Positions 19,343-28,666 of a stretch of DNA of 64,000 nt are shown piece by piece. Numbering within the stretch: position 1 is the first letter of the stretch; each line of letters opens with the position of its first letter. The DNA is from Escherichia phage vB_EcoM_REC: sequence record OM386667.1; one strand, written 5' to 3'. The notes under the pieces are model-generated. The model did no database searches and was not told the origin of the DNA. It saw only the letters and a list, made by a program, of their open reading frames with translations. Made by a program: the position numbers and the translations under genes.

Positions 19343-21496
19343 ATGAAACAAGCTATATTTACTGTCACGCGAGACAAGAGAGTAAATGCGAGTTCATTTA
19401 ACTACACGACTGTTGATGGAACAGCAGTCGCTGGTAGAGATTATATTGCAAAATCGGGAACACTTGTGTTCCCTGATGATGCTGATTCTGCTACCATTGT
19501 GGTTGAAGTATTTGAACGACCAAAGAACTCAATAGATCTTAACTTCTCCCTCCAAGTTTCAGGGATTAGTCAAAATAACATGATGGTTGAAACGACCATC
19601 AACTGTATTATAACTACGATTCAAGAAAATACTACTCCAATAACTTGGACTACAAAAGACGTTAAAATGTTCTCTCCTATGTATTGGACAATAGATTCTC
19701 AAGCAACGGAAAGTTGTTCTATTGTATCTCATGGAGACTCTTTTACTGCAAGATTTGTAAACAGAACAACAGCAGGTTTGGCAGGGGTTATCTGGAGCAC
19801 AGTTGACAAATATGACCATAAAGGTGTTGGGTATTTACCCCACACAGATTTAAGTTCAGAGAAACTTTGGTTTAAAATGGAAGTTAGTCAAAACATGCCA
19901 GGTTTTAAAGAAGAACCTTTGGTGCCAACTTTGACTGTAACTCTCTTGGATAAAAGTGTCCACTATGTTAGTTTAGGATTTTATGCTTCAGATATTTCAG
20001 AAGATGGTAAAACAGCTACAATCAAACTAGATTTTGGTAATATCTTCTCTGGTCCTAATAATGATATTCCTTTGGACATGAGTGCTGTAGATAATATTTT
20101 CTTCTCTTTGATTACAGCAAGGTATGAAGAAATAGAAGAGATTGTACCTATTGATAGTCAAGAGGCTTGGTTTACTTTCACTCTTCTTGAACCTACTTCT
20201 GGTTATAGTATGATGAAAGTCAGTAACCTTGTCCAGCCTGAACATGATATTCGCATGTGCACATCTTATGACGATATGTATAACCTGACTCCAGAGAGAG
20301 TTATTTATAATACATATGCGCTAGGTTATCGTGGAATGATTAACCATTACAACGGAATGTCTCACTATTATGAGTTCTCATGGAACGGAACATCTTGGGC
20401 TTTAAATAGATCTGTCTTCCTGAATCCAGCTACAGAAGCTTGGCTAAATAGTTTCCATTCTATAGCGAACGAGAAGGGTTACACAATAATGAACTCTTTA
20501 AGTTTTGAGTTGATGAGCACAGTTTGTCCTGTAGAATGGGTCCAGCATGATTGGAACGATGCTCTTGCAGCAACAGGGTATGAGCCTCCTAGTTACGTGT
20601 TGTCTCCAACTATTGACGAAGGTATGAAATATTTGCAAAATGTTATTAATAAAATAGCATCTATTTCGCAAGCTAATAATATTCCAGTTGTCATTCAAAT
20701 TGGTGAGCCTTGGTGGTGGTATAATACAGCGAGTAAAATGCCTTGTATATACGATTACACTACTAAACTAGCATTCAACACAGAAACAGGTTTATTTGCA
20801 CAAGATGTAGGAACAATAGATAATTATAAAACAGGAACACCGTTTGACGAATACTATGCATTTTTGTCTCGTAAACTAGGATTAAGAGTTGCAAAGTTTG
20901 CAACAGATACTAGATTAGCCTATCCTGGAGCTAAAGTTACATTATTACCATTTGTGCCATCCATTTTAGGTAACGGTATGATGGAGTTTGTTAACTTCCC
21001 TAAAGATTATTATATCCCAGAAAACTTCGACTTTTATTGTTCAGAGTGTTATGACTGGTTGTTGGAAGGTAAGATGGAAAAATCTTTTGACGCTATCACA
21101 ATACCTAATGAACAATTAGGTTTTAGTTATGATAAGATACATTATCTTGCAGGTTTTGTTCCAGATGCTACTCTTGCACCTTTGTATAGCTTTGATCCTG
21201 AATCAAACTACCGCACGTATCTTTGGAAAATGATTATAGGTAACATAGTGTTGAACGCCAATAAGTTCAATGGACTTACACAATATATATGGGCCTATCC
21301 TCAAATAATGCACGATTCTATCACGGTAGTTAATTCTCAATCCCAAGTTTTCTATATGGGTAACGTGCCTTTGAACGTTTATTTACAGGATATCACTCTT
21401 AAACAGGTAAATGTTGAGATTGCCACCATAAGTGGAATTACATTAGCCACTAAATCTGGAGAAGATTTAGTAACAACACAAAAATTTTATATATAG
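19343..21496 (+). CDS. large virion protein with Calx-beta-like N-terminal domain
   Basis: 717 aa; N-terminus TVDGTAVAGRDYIAKSGTLVF...ATIVVEV resembles a Calx-beta motif. Confidence 0.45.
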   Translation: MKQAIFTVTRDKRVNASSFNYTTVDGTAVAGRDYIAKSGTLVFPDDADSATIVVEVFERPKNSIDLNFSLQVSGISQNNMMVETTINCIITTIQENTTPITWTTKDVKMFSPMYWTIDSQATESCSIVSHGDSFTARFVNRTTAGLAGVIWSTVDKYDHKGVGYLPHTDLSSEKLWFKMEVSQNMPGFKEEPLVPTLTVTLLDKSVHYVSLGFYASDISEDGKTATIKLDFGNIFSGPNNDIPLDMSAVDNIFFSLITARYEEIEEIVPIDSQEAWFTFTLLEPTSGYSMMKVSNLVQPEHDIRMCTSYDDMYNLTPERVIYNTYALGYRGMINHYNGMSHYYEFSWNGTSWALNRSVFLNPATEAWLNSFHSIANEKGYTIMNSLSFELMSTVCPVEWVQHDWNDALAATGYEPPSYVLSPTIDEGMKYLQNVINKIASISQANNIPVVIQIGEPWWWYNTASKMPCIYDYTTKLAFNTETGLFAQDVGTIDNYKTGTPFDEYYAFLSRKLGLRVAKFATDTRLAYPGAKVTLLPFVPSILGNGMMEFVNFPKDYYIPENFDFYCSECYDWLLEGKMEKSFDAITIPNEQLGFSYDKIHYLAGFVPDATLAPLYSFDPESNYRTYLWKMIIGNIVLNANKFNGLTQYIWAYPQIMHDSITVVNSQSQVFYMGNVPLNVYLQDITLKQVNVEIATISGITLATKSGEDLVTTQKFYI

Positions 21497-21504
21497 GAGT
21501 AAAA

Positions 21505-24270
21505 ATGTCAACTACAATTACTAATTTACCCGAAACATCAAAAGTTAATGGTTCTGATTACCTGGTTTTAGACCAACCTGATAAGACTGTTAAAAGCACA
21601 GTTTCCAACTTTCTTACTGACACTGGGGTGGTTTTAGCCACCCAGTTAAAAGATATTTCTGGAGCTACCAAGTACCCAGAACTTCAAATGTCACGCTGGA
21701 GAGATGAAGGTGATCCTAGAGGATGGGGAGCAGTAGGTGACGGAGCAACAGACGATACCAATGCCATAACACAGCTTCTTGCTGCTATGCCTGATGGATG
21801 GATTATTGATGGGCGTAATCTCACTTTCAAGGTTACAACACTACCAGATATAAGCAAGTTTAAAAACGCTGCTTTTGTTTACGAGCGTATTGTTGGACAA
21901 CCCCTTACTTATGTATCTGAAGGTTTCTTCGATGGAAATCTGACAAAGATTACGGATACACCATTTTACAATGCTTGGACGCAAGATAAGACGTTTGTTT
22001 ATGACAATGTTATATATGCACCATTTATGGCTGGCGAACGTCATGGTGTACAAAACCTCCATGTAGCGTGGGTTAAATCAGGAGATGATGGACAAACTTG
22101 GTCTATGCCAGAATGGTTAACTCCAATTCATCCTGATTATAATGCCTCTTCAGCAAACAAAGTTAACTATCATTGTATGAGTATGGGCGTATGTGGTAAT
22201 CGCCTATATGCAGTCATCGAAACCCGTTATTTATCTAACATGCGATTGAAGAAAGCAGAACTTTGGTCACGTCCAATGCCTTATTATAGAAGGCCAACTG
22301 GAGGTATAACAATTAGTTCTGGGTCTACTACGGCGACGATTGTTTTAGAAAAGCATGGTCTTAAAGTTGGAGATGCTGTTAACTTTTCCAATTCAGGTGC
22401 AACTGGTGTATCTGGAAATATGACTGTTGCATCTGTAATTAACAAGGATACATTTACTGTTACATTAGCGAGTGCTGCCACATCTAATATAGATAATACA
22501 GGAACTACTTGGCATTTTGGAACACGTTTCTGGGATAGCCCTTGGGAAATTACAGAATTACCAGATGTTGCCTATTCTACTAATGCAGACTTATGTGTTA
22601 CAGAAACCCATAGTTTTACAGTTATAGATGATGATAATTACACTTTTGCTGTGGGTTATCACAATGGTGATGTTTCCCCAAGAAGATTAGGTATTTTGTA
22701 TTTCAATAATGCTTACTCTGACCCAAGTTCTTTTACTCGTAGAACAATTAGTCAAGAATATGCTGACAATGCAGCAGAACCCTGCATTAAATATTATGAT
22801 GGAATTTTATATTTAACTACTAGGGGTACTTCAACTTCTGCTGCTGGTTCTACATTAGCAATGAGTGCTGACCTTGGAGAAAACTGGAATTACTTAAGAT
22901 TTCCTAACAACGTTCATCATACAAACCTACCATTTGCAAAAGTTGGTAACTACCTTTATATCTTTGGTACAGAACGTTCATTTGGAGAATGGGAAGGAGA
23001 AGAACTAGATAATAGATATAAAGGTACGTATCCTCGAACGTTTATGTGCAAGATTAATGTATCTGCATGGCCTGCATCTTTATCCGATGTTCAATGGTTT
23101 AATATCACCGATCAGATGTATCAAGGGCATATTGTTAATTCTGCATGTGGTGTTGGTTCGGTATGTGTTAAAGATGGTTGGTTATATTATATCTTTGGAG
23201 GCGAAGATTTCTTATCTCCTTGGTCTATTGGGGATAATAGTAAAAAATTATGGTACAAGCACGATGGTCATCCAGCCGATTTATATAGCTATAGACTAAA
23301 GATTACCGAACATGATTTTGTATCACGTGATTTCAAATATGGAGCTACGCCAAACCGTACATTGCCTGTATCTATGGGTACAGATGGGGTAAGGCATGTC
23401 TCAGCCCCTGTAACTTTTGATAATGATGTGCAAGTACACTCTTTAACAGTTACTGGTCTTGAGCATGATGGGACACAACAATCTGCCGTTAGAATAAAAT
23501 TAGATGGTGATTATGGGGTTGTTGCAAAAAATGTCCCAATAAAAAATCCTTCTGAACAGCGACTAATCTTATGTGGAGGAGAAACTCCTTACGTTACTGA
23601 TGGATCGCTATTACAACTATATGGTTCAAACCATACGTATCCAAACAGAGCAGTTTTATATGCCCCAGGAGGAGCATATACCCAAAATAATTTCATGCCA
23701 TATTTAGATGGACAAGTTGCATTAGGTGGTGCATCTAACAGATGGTCAGAAGTGTACGCATCTACAGGAACCATTAATACTTCAGATGGAACATTAAAAA
23801 CTAAACCTACAGAGATTGAAGATATTTTACTGAAAGCGTGGGAAGATATTCATGTAATCTCTTATCAATGGCTGAGTGCTATCGCGGAGAAAGGAGATTC
23901 TGCGCGTATTCATTTTGGTGTTATAGCTCAAGATGTAAGAGATATTCTGATTAATTATGGTTTAATGGATGAAAATAGCACTGATTGTAAGTATGCTTTT
24001 CTGTGTTATGATGAATACCCTGCTATGTACGATAGTGTTGTTACGGGACAAAAAGAAATCCCTTTATTTGATGATGAAGGGAATGTTGTAATTGATGAAG
24101 AAGGTAATCCAGTAACAATCGTAGAAGATGTTGTAGAAACTATCGAAATAATTCCAGCAGGATCGCGATGGGGTATCCGCGCTGACCAAATGTTTTTTAT
24201 TGAGATGGCTTATCAACGTAAAAAGTTAAAAGCTCTTGAAGAAAGACTTGCAACCCTGGAAAGTAAATAA
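21505..24270 (+). CDS. tailspike, sialidase-like, with C-terminal intramolecular chaperone (endosialidase-type)
   Basis: 921 aa; Asp-box motifs SGDDGQTW and SADLGENW; GWGAVGDGATDDTNAI; C-terminal SDGTLKTK...GVIAQDV matches the self-cleaving chaperone domain of endosialidase-type spikes. Confidence 0.7.
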   Translation: MSTTITNLPETSKVNGSDYLVLDQPDKTVKSTVSNFLTDTGVVLATQLKDISGATKYPELQMSRWRDEGDPRGWGAVGDGATDDTNAITQLLAAMPDGWIIDGRNLTFKVTTLPDISKFKNAAFVYERIVGQPLTYVSEGFFDGNLTKITDTPFYNAWTQDKTFVYDNVIYAPFMAGERHGVQNLHVAWVKSGDDGQTWSMPEWLTPIHPDYNASSANKVNYHCMSMGVCGNRLYAVIETRYLSNMRLKKAELWSRPMPYYRRPTGGITISSGSTTATIVLEKHGLKVGDAVNFSNSGATGVSGNMTVASVINKDTFTVTLASAATSNIDNTGTTWHFGTRFWDSPWEITELPDVAYSTNADLCVTETHSFTVIDDDNYTFAVGYHNGDVSPRRLGILYFNNAYSDPSSFTRRTISQEYADNAAEPCIKYYDGILYLTTRGTSTSAAGSTLAMSADLGENWNYLRFPNNVHHTNLPFAKVGNYLYIFGTERSFGEWEGEELDNRYKGTYPRTFMCKINVSAWPASLSDVQWFNITDQMYQGHIVNSACGVGSVCVKDGWLYYIFGGEDFLSPWSIGDNSKKLWYKHDGHPADLYSYRLKITEHDFVSRDFKYGATPNRTLPVSMGTDGVRHVSAPVTFDNDVQVHSLTVTGLEHDGTQQSAVRIKLDGDYGVVAKNVPIKNPSEQRLILCGGETPYVTDGSLLQLYGSNHTYPNRAVLYAPGGAYTQNNFMPYLDGQVALGGASNRWSEVYASTGTINTSDGTLKTKPTEIEDILLKAWEDIHVISYQWLSAIAEKGDSARIHFGVIAQDVRDILINYGLMDENSTDCKYAFLCYDEYPAMYDSVVTGQKEIPLFDDEGNVVIDEEGNPVTIVEDVVETIEIIPAGSRWGIRADQMFFIEMAYQRKKLKALEERLATLESK

Positions 24271-24295
24271 TACCGCTTAGGCGGTATTTCAATCT
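24269..24295 (+). terminator. rho-independent terminator after tailspike gene
   Basis: Stem TACCGC/GCGGTA, loop TTAG, then TTT. Confidence 0.6.
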
Positions 24296-24318
24296 TTATA
24301 TCTCACTTAGAGGTACTC

Positions 24319-24582
24319 ATGGTTAAAGAGAAAAACGGTTTTAAAAAATTTATTCGCGGAATGTTCTGCACTTACCCCGGCAACGGGGTAAGCTCTACGA
24401 AAGTCTGGAACGCTGTAGGCATGTCGGTTATGACAGGCATGTTTATCTTTTTAGGAATAGAAAAAGAAATTCCTGAATGGATGGGTTGGGCTTTTGTTTT
24501 CATGATAACCCCTTCTCGCCTCATGAAAAATCTTATTGATTTACGTTGGGGCAGATCACAATCTACCAAAGAGGATGACTAA
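24319..24582 (+). CDS. small hydrophobic protein
   Basis: 87 aa with two hydrophobic stretches. Confidence 0.4.
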   Translation: MVKEKNGFKKFIRGMFCTYPGNGVSSTKVWNAVGMSVMTGMFIFLGIEKEIPEWMGWAFVFMITPSRLMKNLIDLRWGRSQSTKEDD

Positions 24583-26069
24583 TGGACGAATATGGTTTGA
24601 CAGATGCGGGATTTGTAATCCCGACTTTTGACGATGTTTTAAACAACTACATGACAGCAGTAAAAAACACATTTGGTGCAGATGCAGCCACTTCGGAAGA
24701 TACTGTGATCGGACAACTGTTTAGAATAATTGCATACACAGATTACACATTGTGGGAAGGTATGCAAGGGGTTTATAATACTCAAACACTGGATGGTGCA
24801 GAAGGTATTTATCTTGACGAAATCTTTTCTAAACGTGGTTTCTATCGAGCAGGGGCAGCAGCAAGTACAGGTTATGCATATGTTAAAAGTAATAACAAAG
24901 CAGCTTGGACTTACGAGTTAGGCACAGATATTTACTTCAACTCTGATAGCGATATGAACTACTATGTTAGCACACCAACTATGTTGAATGCTAAGATTGC
25001 AGCTTATCAAATTTCTCGTGCTAATGCCACTGCTACAGGTGTTCCAAATATTACTTTTTATGCACAAAGTGCGATAGATGGAGGACTAAACAGTAAAACA
25101 CTTGCACCTGGTTCTTCTACATTTATAGCCGATCTTGAAACTTTTATCAAGGCAAACTTAACAGAGGCTGATCGTAGTCTTGTATTTTCTGATTCTGGTA
25201 ACTTGTCAATTGGTTTTACTTCTTTAACCAGTGATACTCCAGTGGGACTAGTAACTCCTATCAAATTTTATGCTAGTGTTCCAGTTGGAACCAAATGGAG
25301 TGAAATTCCGGTAGTTGCAGCAGAGAAAGGATACAATCCGGTGGGTGTGGAGTCTATTACAGGGATATCTTCTACCTTTACAGGTTATCTTGATAGTGGT
25401 AACTTCTATTCGTTTTCTCCTGGTCGAGATGTTGAGACAGATGCAGAATTCCGCTCTCGTTTCAATGACAACGTTGACGAAGCTAACGCAGGGACACGAG
25501 CAGCTATTGTGAAAGCTCTGTTACTTACAGATGGTGTTACTAAGGTGAAGATTTATGATAACCCTACGTTACATGATCAAGAACATGCTCCAGCTATGAC
25601 TTTCCAGACTATAGTCTATGGAGGGAGTGCTGAAGAAGTTGCTGAAGTTATTTACAAAACTAAACCAATCAACAGTTTGACACATGGAACAACTAACATA
25701 ACTGTTACAACGGAAGACGGAGGACAAGAAATTATTCGTTTTTCTCCTGGTGCTTCTGCTACGTATTCCGTAAAACTTGTTTATCAAACTGTCAACGGAA
25801 CAACTTTAAGTGGAACAGAAAAACAAAACATTGTAGAAGCTTTACAAAACCTGCAAGCTTACTTTGAATTAGGTTCTTCAGTAACGAACGATCAAATCAA
25901 AGGTGTTATTTATGCAGCACTTGCTTTTGGACGCTTGACTTCTCTTCGTGTTTATGTTAAACTTAATACTGAGGATGACAGTAAATATACAGAGAATAAT
26001 ATAGTTCCTGCTTATAATGTTGTCCCTTCTTTTGACCTTGATAACATTTCTTACGAGTATGGAGTGTAA
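24582..26069 (+). CDS. baseplate protein (gpJ/gp6-like)
   Basis: 495 aa; N-terminus GLTDAGFVIPTFDDV and size fit baseplate J-like proteins. Confidence 0.5.
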   Translation: MDEYGLTDAGFVIPTFDDVLNNYMTAVKNTFGADAATSEDTVIGQLFRIIAYTDYTLWEGMQGVYNTQTLDGAEGIYLDEIFSKRGFYRAGAAASTGYAYVKSNNKAAWTYELGTDIYFNSDSDMNYYVSTPTMLNAKIAAYQISRANATATGVPNITFYAQSAIDGGLNSKTLAPGSSTFIADLETFIKANLTEADRSLVFSDSGNLSIGFTSLTSDTPVGLVTPIKFYASVPVGTKWSEIPVVAAEKGYNPVGVESITGISSTFTGYLDSGNFYSFSPGRDVETDAEFRSRFNDNVDEANAGTRAAIVKALLLTDGVTKVKIYDNPTLHDQEHAPAMTFQTIVYGGSAEEVAEVIYKTKPINSLTHGTTNITVTTEDGGQEIIRFSPGASATYSVKLVYQTVNGTTLSGTEKQNIVEALQNLQAYFELGSSVTNDQIKGVIYAALAFGRLTSLRVYVKLNTEDDSKYTENNIVPAYNVVPSFDLDNISYEYGV

Positions 26070-26071
26070 AA

Positions 26072-26701
26072 ATGGCAGTGAGTGTTGACCATGTAACAAC
26101 TTGGGCCAGTATCAATGAAGATGTTAAAAACCTTCTGATTGAAGATTTTAAATCTTCTCCTAACATTGTCAAGCTCCTCTACATCGTATCCAGTGAAAAG
26201 CAAAAGATAGATCAGGCAATGATCTATCTTGCTAAACACCGCTTGATCTCCACAGCCACAGGCAAATACCTAGATATCTTAGGAGAAGAAATGGGGATCG
26301 AACGTAATGGCTCTGATGATGAAGAGTATAGAACAATATTAAAAATCAGGGCTTACCGCGTAGCCTCATCGGGGACTCGTGGTGACATAATTGATATCTT
26401 CGCCCGTTTCACAGGAACAGAGCGTGAAACGCTTAATACTTACGTAGGTTTGAATAAAACCTTTGATGTGTTTTTCTACAACCTGTGTCTTCAATCTGAT
26501 CAAGCTTTAGAGCAGTTGCTAAGTGTTTTCCCTATTATTAGTAGCTACCGTCTTGGAGCAAAAGCAGGATCAGCTTTTGGTTTTAGTTCTTATTATGCTG
26601 CCAAACCGCCTCATGGTATTGGTGGTTTAGGTTCCCTGTACATGGAATCTACTGGGGATGAAACAGGACGCATGTGTACGCTTCTCAAGCAAATAGATTA
26701 A
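26072..26701 (+). CDS. baseplate/tail protein (gpI-like)
   Basis: 209 aa immediately after J-like gene. Confidence 0.4.
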   Translation: MAVSVDHVTTWASINEDVKNLLIEDFKSSPNIVKLLYIVSSEKQKIDQAMIYLAKHRLISTATGKYLDILGEEMGIERNGSDDEEYRTILKIRAYRVASSGTRGDIIDIFARFTGTERETLNTYVGLNKTFDVFFYNLCLQSDQALEQLLSVFPIISSYRLGAKAGSAFGFSSYYAAKPPHGIGGLGSLYMESTGDETGRMCTLLKQID

Positions 26702-26710
26702 GGAGTTTAA

Positions 26711-27772
26711 ATGGCGAAGCCAATATATTATCCTGACTGGGCTACACAAACTGTAACGCTCCCAGGAACTTTAAACACAAACAAAATTAGACCTAAAGAA
26801 ACCATCCGCACAATTGGTATGGATTATGGTCAAATCATGACTTGCGAAGAAATGAACTGGATTCTTAATAATATCGGTTTATGGATTCGCTATTTGGTGG
26901 ATGACTTTCTTCCAACTTTACCTGATACTTACTTGCCTTTAATTGGAACTAAGATTACAATGGCAGGTGATGCTACTGGTGAGGCTACTTGGAATGGTAA
27001 TAAAGAAGTTACTTTATCTATCCAAGTTCAAGATAATAGTCATAATCACTTGTCGGCAAACATTACAGATGCCACTAGTTCAACAGTAACACCAAACGTG
27101 TTGGTAAAACGTGATGCAGGTGGTGCTATTTACGGTGGTGATATTTATGTTAATGGCACTTCCACAACAGATCCTGCAACACTGTTCTTCAAAAACTTTG
27201 CAGGACAAACGAATGGTGAGATTTCTGCCGAGTATCAAAGCGGAGGTCAGCTTTACATCTATCGTAGAAATCCTAGCACAGGTAGTGTATCGGCAGGTGT
27301 TCGTTTATATGATGCAGGTTATGTTCTAATAGATAATCCAAGATCAAACAGTGGACAAGACACTTCTAACGGAAATGCTTTAGTTCGTTTAGATTATCTG
27401 AACTCTCGTTTGACTTCCCTTCAGAATACATTGCAGACGAATATTAACACTGTTCAAAACAACTTGAATAATGTTAACAACAACCTCTCTTCTCGTATAA
27501 ACAATGTAGAAAGTAATCATCAAAGTCAGATTACAAATAACTACAACTATGCTAACGGAACCTTTGTAAGAGATATTCGTTATACTAGCCAAGGTGTGTA
27601 TTATCCACCAGGGAACGAGGTTTCTTGGACTTATATCTGTTCTTCTGGTTATGTTCTTTCTGGTATTATCGTACAGGAAACAGGACGTAGCTCTGCGGAT
27701 AACATCGGTGGGGTTTACTTCAAACGCCTCCAGCGCAACGTTAACGGAAACTGGTACGATATTGGAGGCTAA
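26711..27772 (+). CDS. tail fiber protein
   Basis: 353 aa; Asn/Gln-rich heptad-like stretch; followed by fiber assembly gene. Confidence 0.5.
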   Translation: MAKPIYYPDWATQTVTLPGTLNTNKIRPKETIRTIGMDYGQIMTCEEMNWILNNIGLWIRYLVDDFLPTLPDTYLPLIGTKITMAGDATGEATWNGNKEVTLSIQVQDNSHNHLSANITDATSSTVTPNVLVKRDAGGAIYGGDIYVNGTSTTDPATLFFKNFAGQTNGEISAEYQSGGQLYIYRRNPSTGSVSAGVRLYDAGYVLIDNPRSNSGQDTSNGNALVRLDYLNSRLTSLQNTLQTNINTVQNNLNNVNNNLSSRINNVESNHQSQITNNYNYANGTFVRDIRYTSQGVYYPPGNEVSWTYICSSGYVLSGIIVQETGRSSADNIGGVYFKRLQRNVNGNWYDIGG

Positions 27773-28318
27773 ATGATATTTACAAACTTTAAAAAATATA
27801 TTCCTGAAGACCCTGAACTAAAAGAATTGGTAGAAGCAGAGAACATTCTTTTTCTTCGTTGCGATCAAGGTTACGATTGGTATGATTTACGTAGCACAGA
27901 ATTCAATAACGATAAAATGAAAGTCGTTTTTGATGATCAAAATCGTATTGTGTTTTGGAATACTGATCCTACACTACTTTGCCCTGAAGATCTTTCTATA
28001 GCACAAGTAGACTTTAACATAGATACTTTTGAGGATATTAGGAACAAGGTTCTGGATTTAGAAACCTTAACTCTTAAGAATAAAGAGTATTCCCGTGAAG
28101 AGTTGATGACACAAGCTAGTGCAAAAATTCGCTCTTTACAAGAAACAGCGGTAGCACTTATAACACCTTTACAGTATGCTAAAGATTTAGAAATGGCTAC
28201 TGAAGACGAATTAGCTTATCTTAAAAATCTTCAAGTTTATGTAGTTAAACTAAATCGTGTTCCGCTTCAAAAAGACTATCCTTACGCTATAGATTGGCCT
28301 ACATTACCGACAGAATAA
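27773..28318 (+). CDS. tail fiber assembly protein (Tfa-like chaperone)
   Basis: 181 aa; C-terminal ...LAYLKNLQVYVVKLNRVPLQKDYPYAIDWPTLP resembles tail-fiber-assembly family endings. Confidence 0.55.
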   Translation: MIFTNFKKYIPEDPELKELVEAENILFLRCDQGYDWYDLRSTEFNNDKMKVVFDDQNRIVFWNTDPTLLCPEDLSIAQVDFNIDTFEDIRNKVLDLETLTLKNKEYSREELMTQASAKIRSLQETAVALITPLQYAKDLEMATEDELAYLKNLQVYVVKLNRVPLQKDYPYAIDWPTLPTE

Positions 28319-28327
28319 GGGATCACT

Positions 28328-28663
28328 ATGGAATTTCAAGAAGCATGGGGACTTGCAAAGGATGCAATAATCCCTTTAATCGGAGTCATCTGGTTCTTTT
28401 TCAAACAAAAAATGGATAAATTCGGCTCTGATCTTGAGGAAATGGAGGAGAAAAGTCGAGAGCTAGAGAAGAAGTTGGTCTTTGTTGAATCAACTTATGC
28501 AACTAAAGCCGAACTTACCCAGATGCTAAATCAAATTAACTCTACATTAATGGCAAATAATAACACTCTTGAGCAAAAAATTGAAAAGATTATGGACCTC
28601 AAGAATGCGACTATCCAAATGATGCTAGATGACATAGTTAAACGTACACAGAATAAGGGGTAA
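28328..28663 (+). CDS. membrane-anchored coiled-coil protein
   Basis: 111 aa; N-terminal hydrophobic helix (IIPLIGVIWFFF) then predicted coiled coil. Confidence 0.4.
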   Translation: MEFQEAWGLAKDAIIPLIGVIWFFFKQKMDKFGSDLEEMEEKSRELEKKLVFVESTYATKAELTQMLNQINSTLMANNNTLEQKIEKIMDLKNATIQMMLDDIVKRTQNKG

Positions 28664-28666
28664 TTA

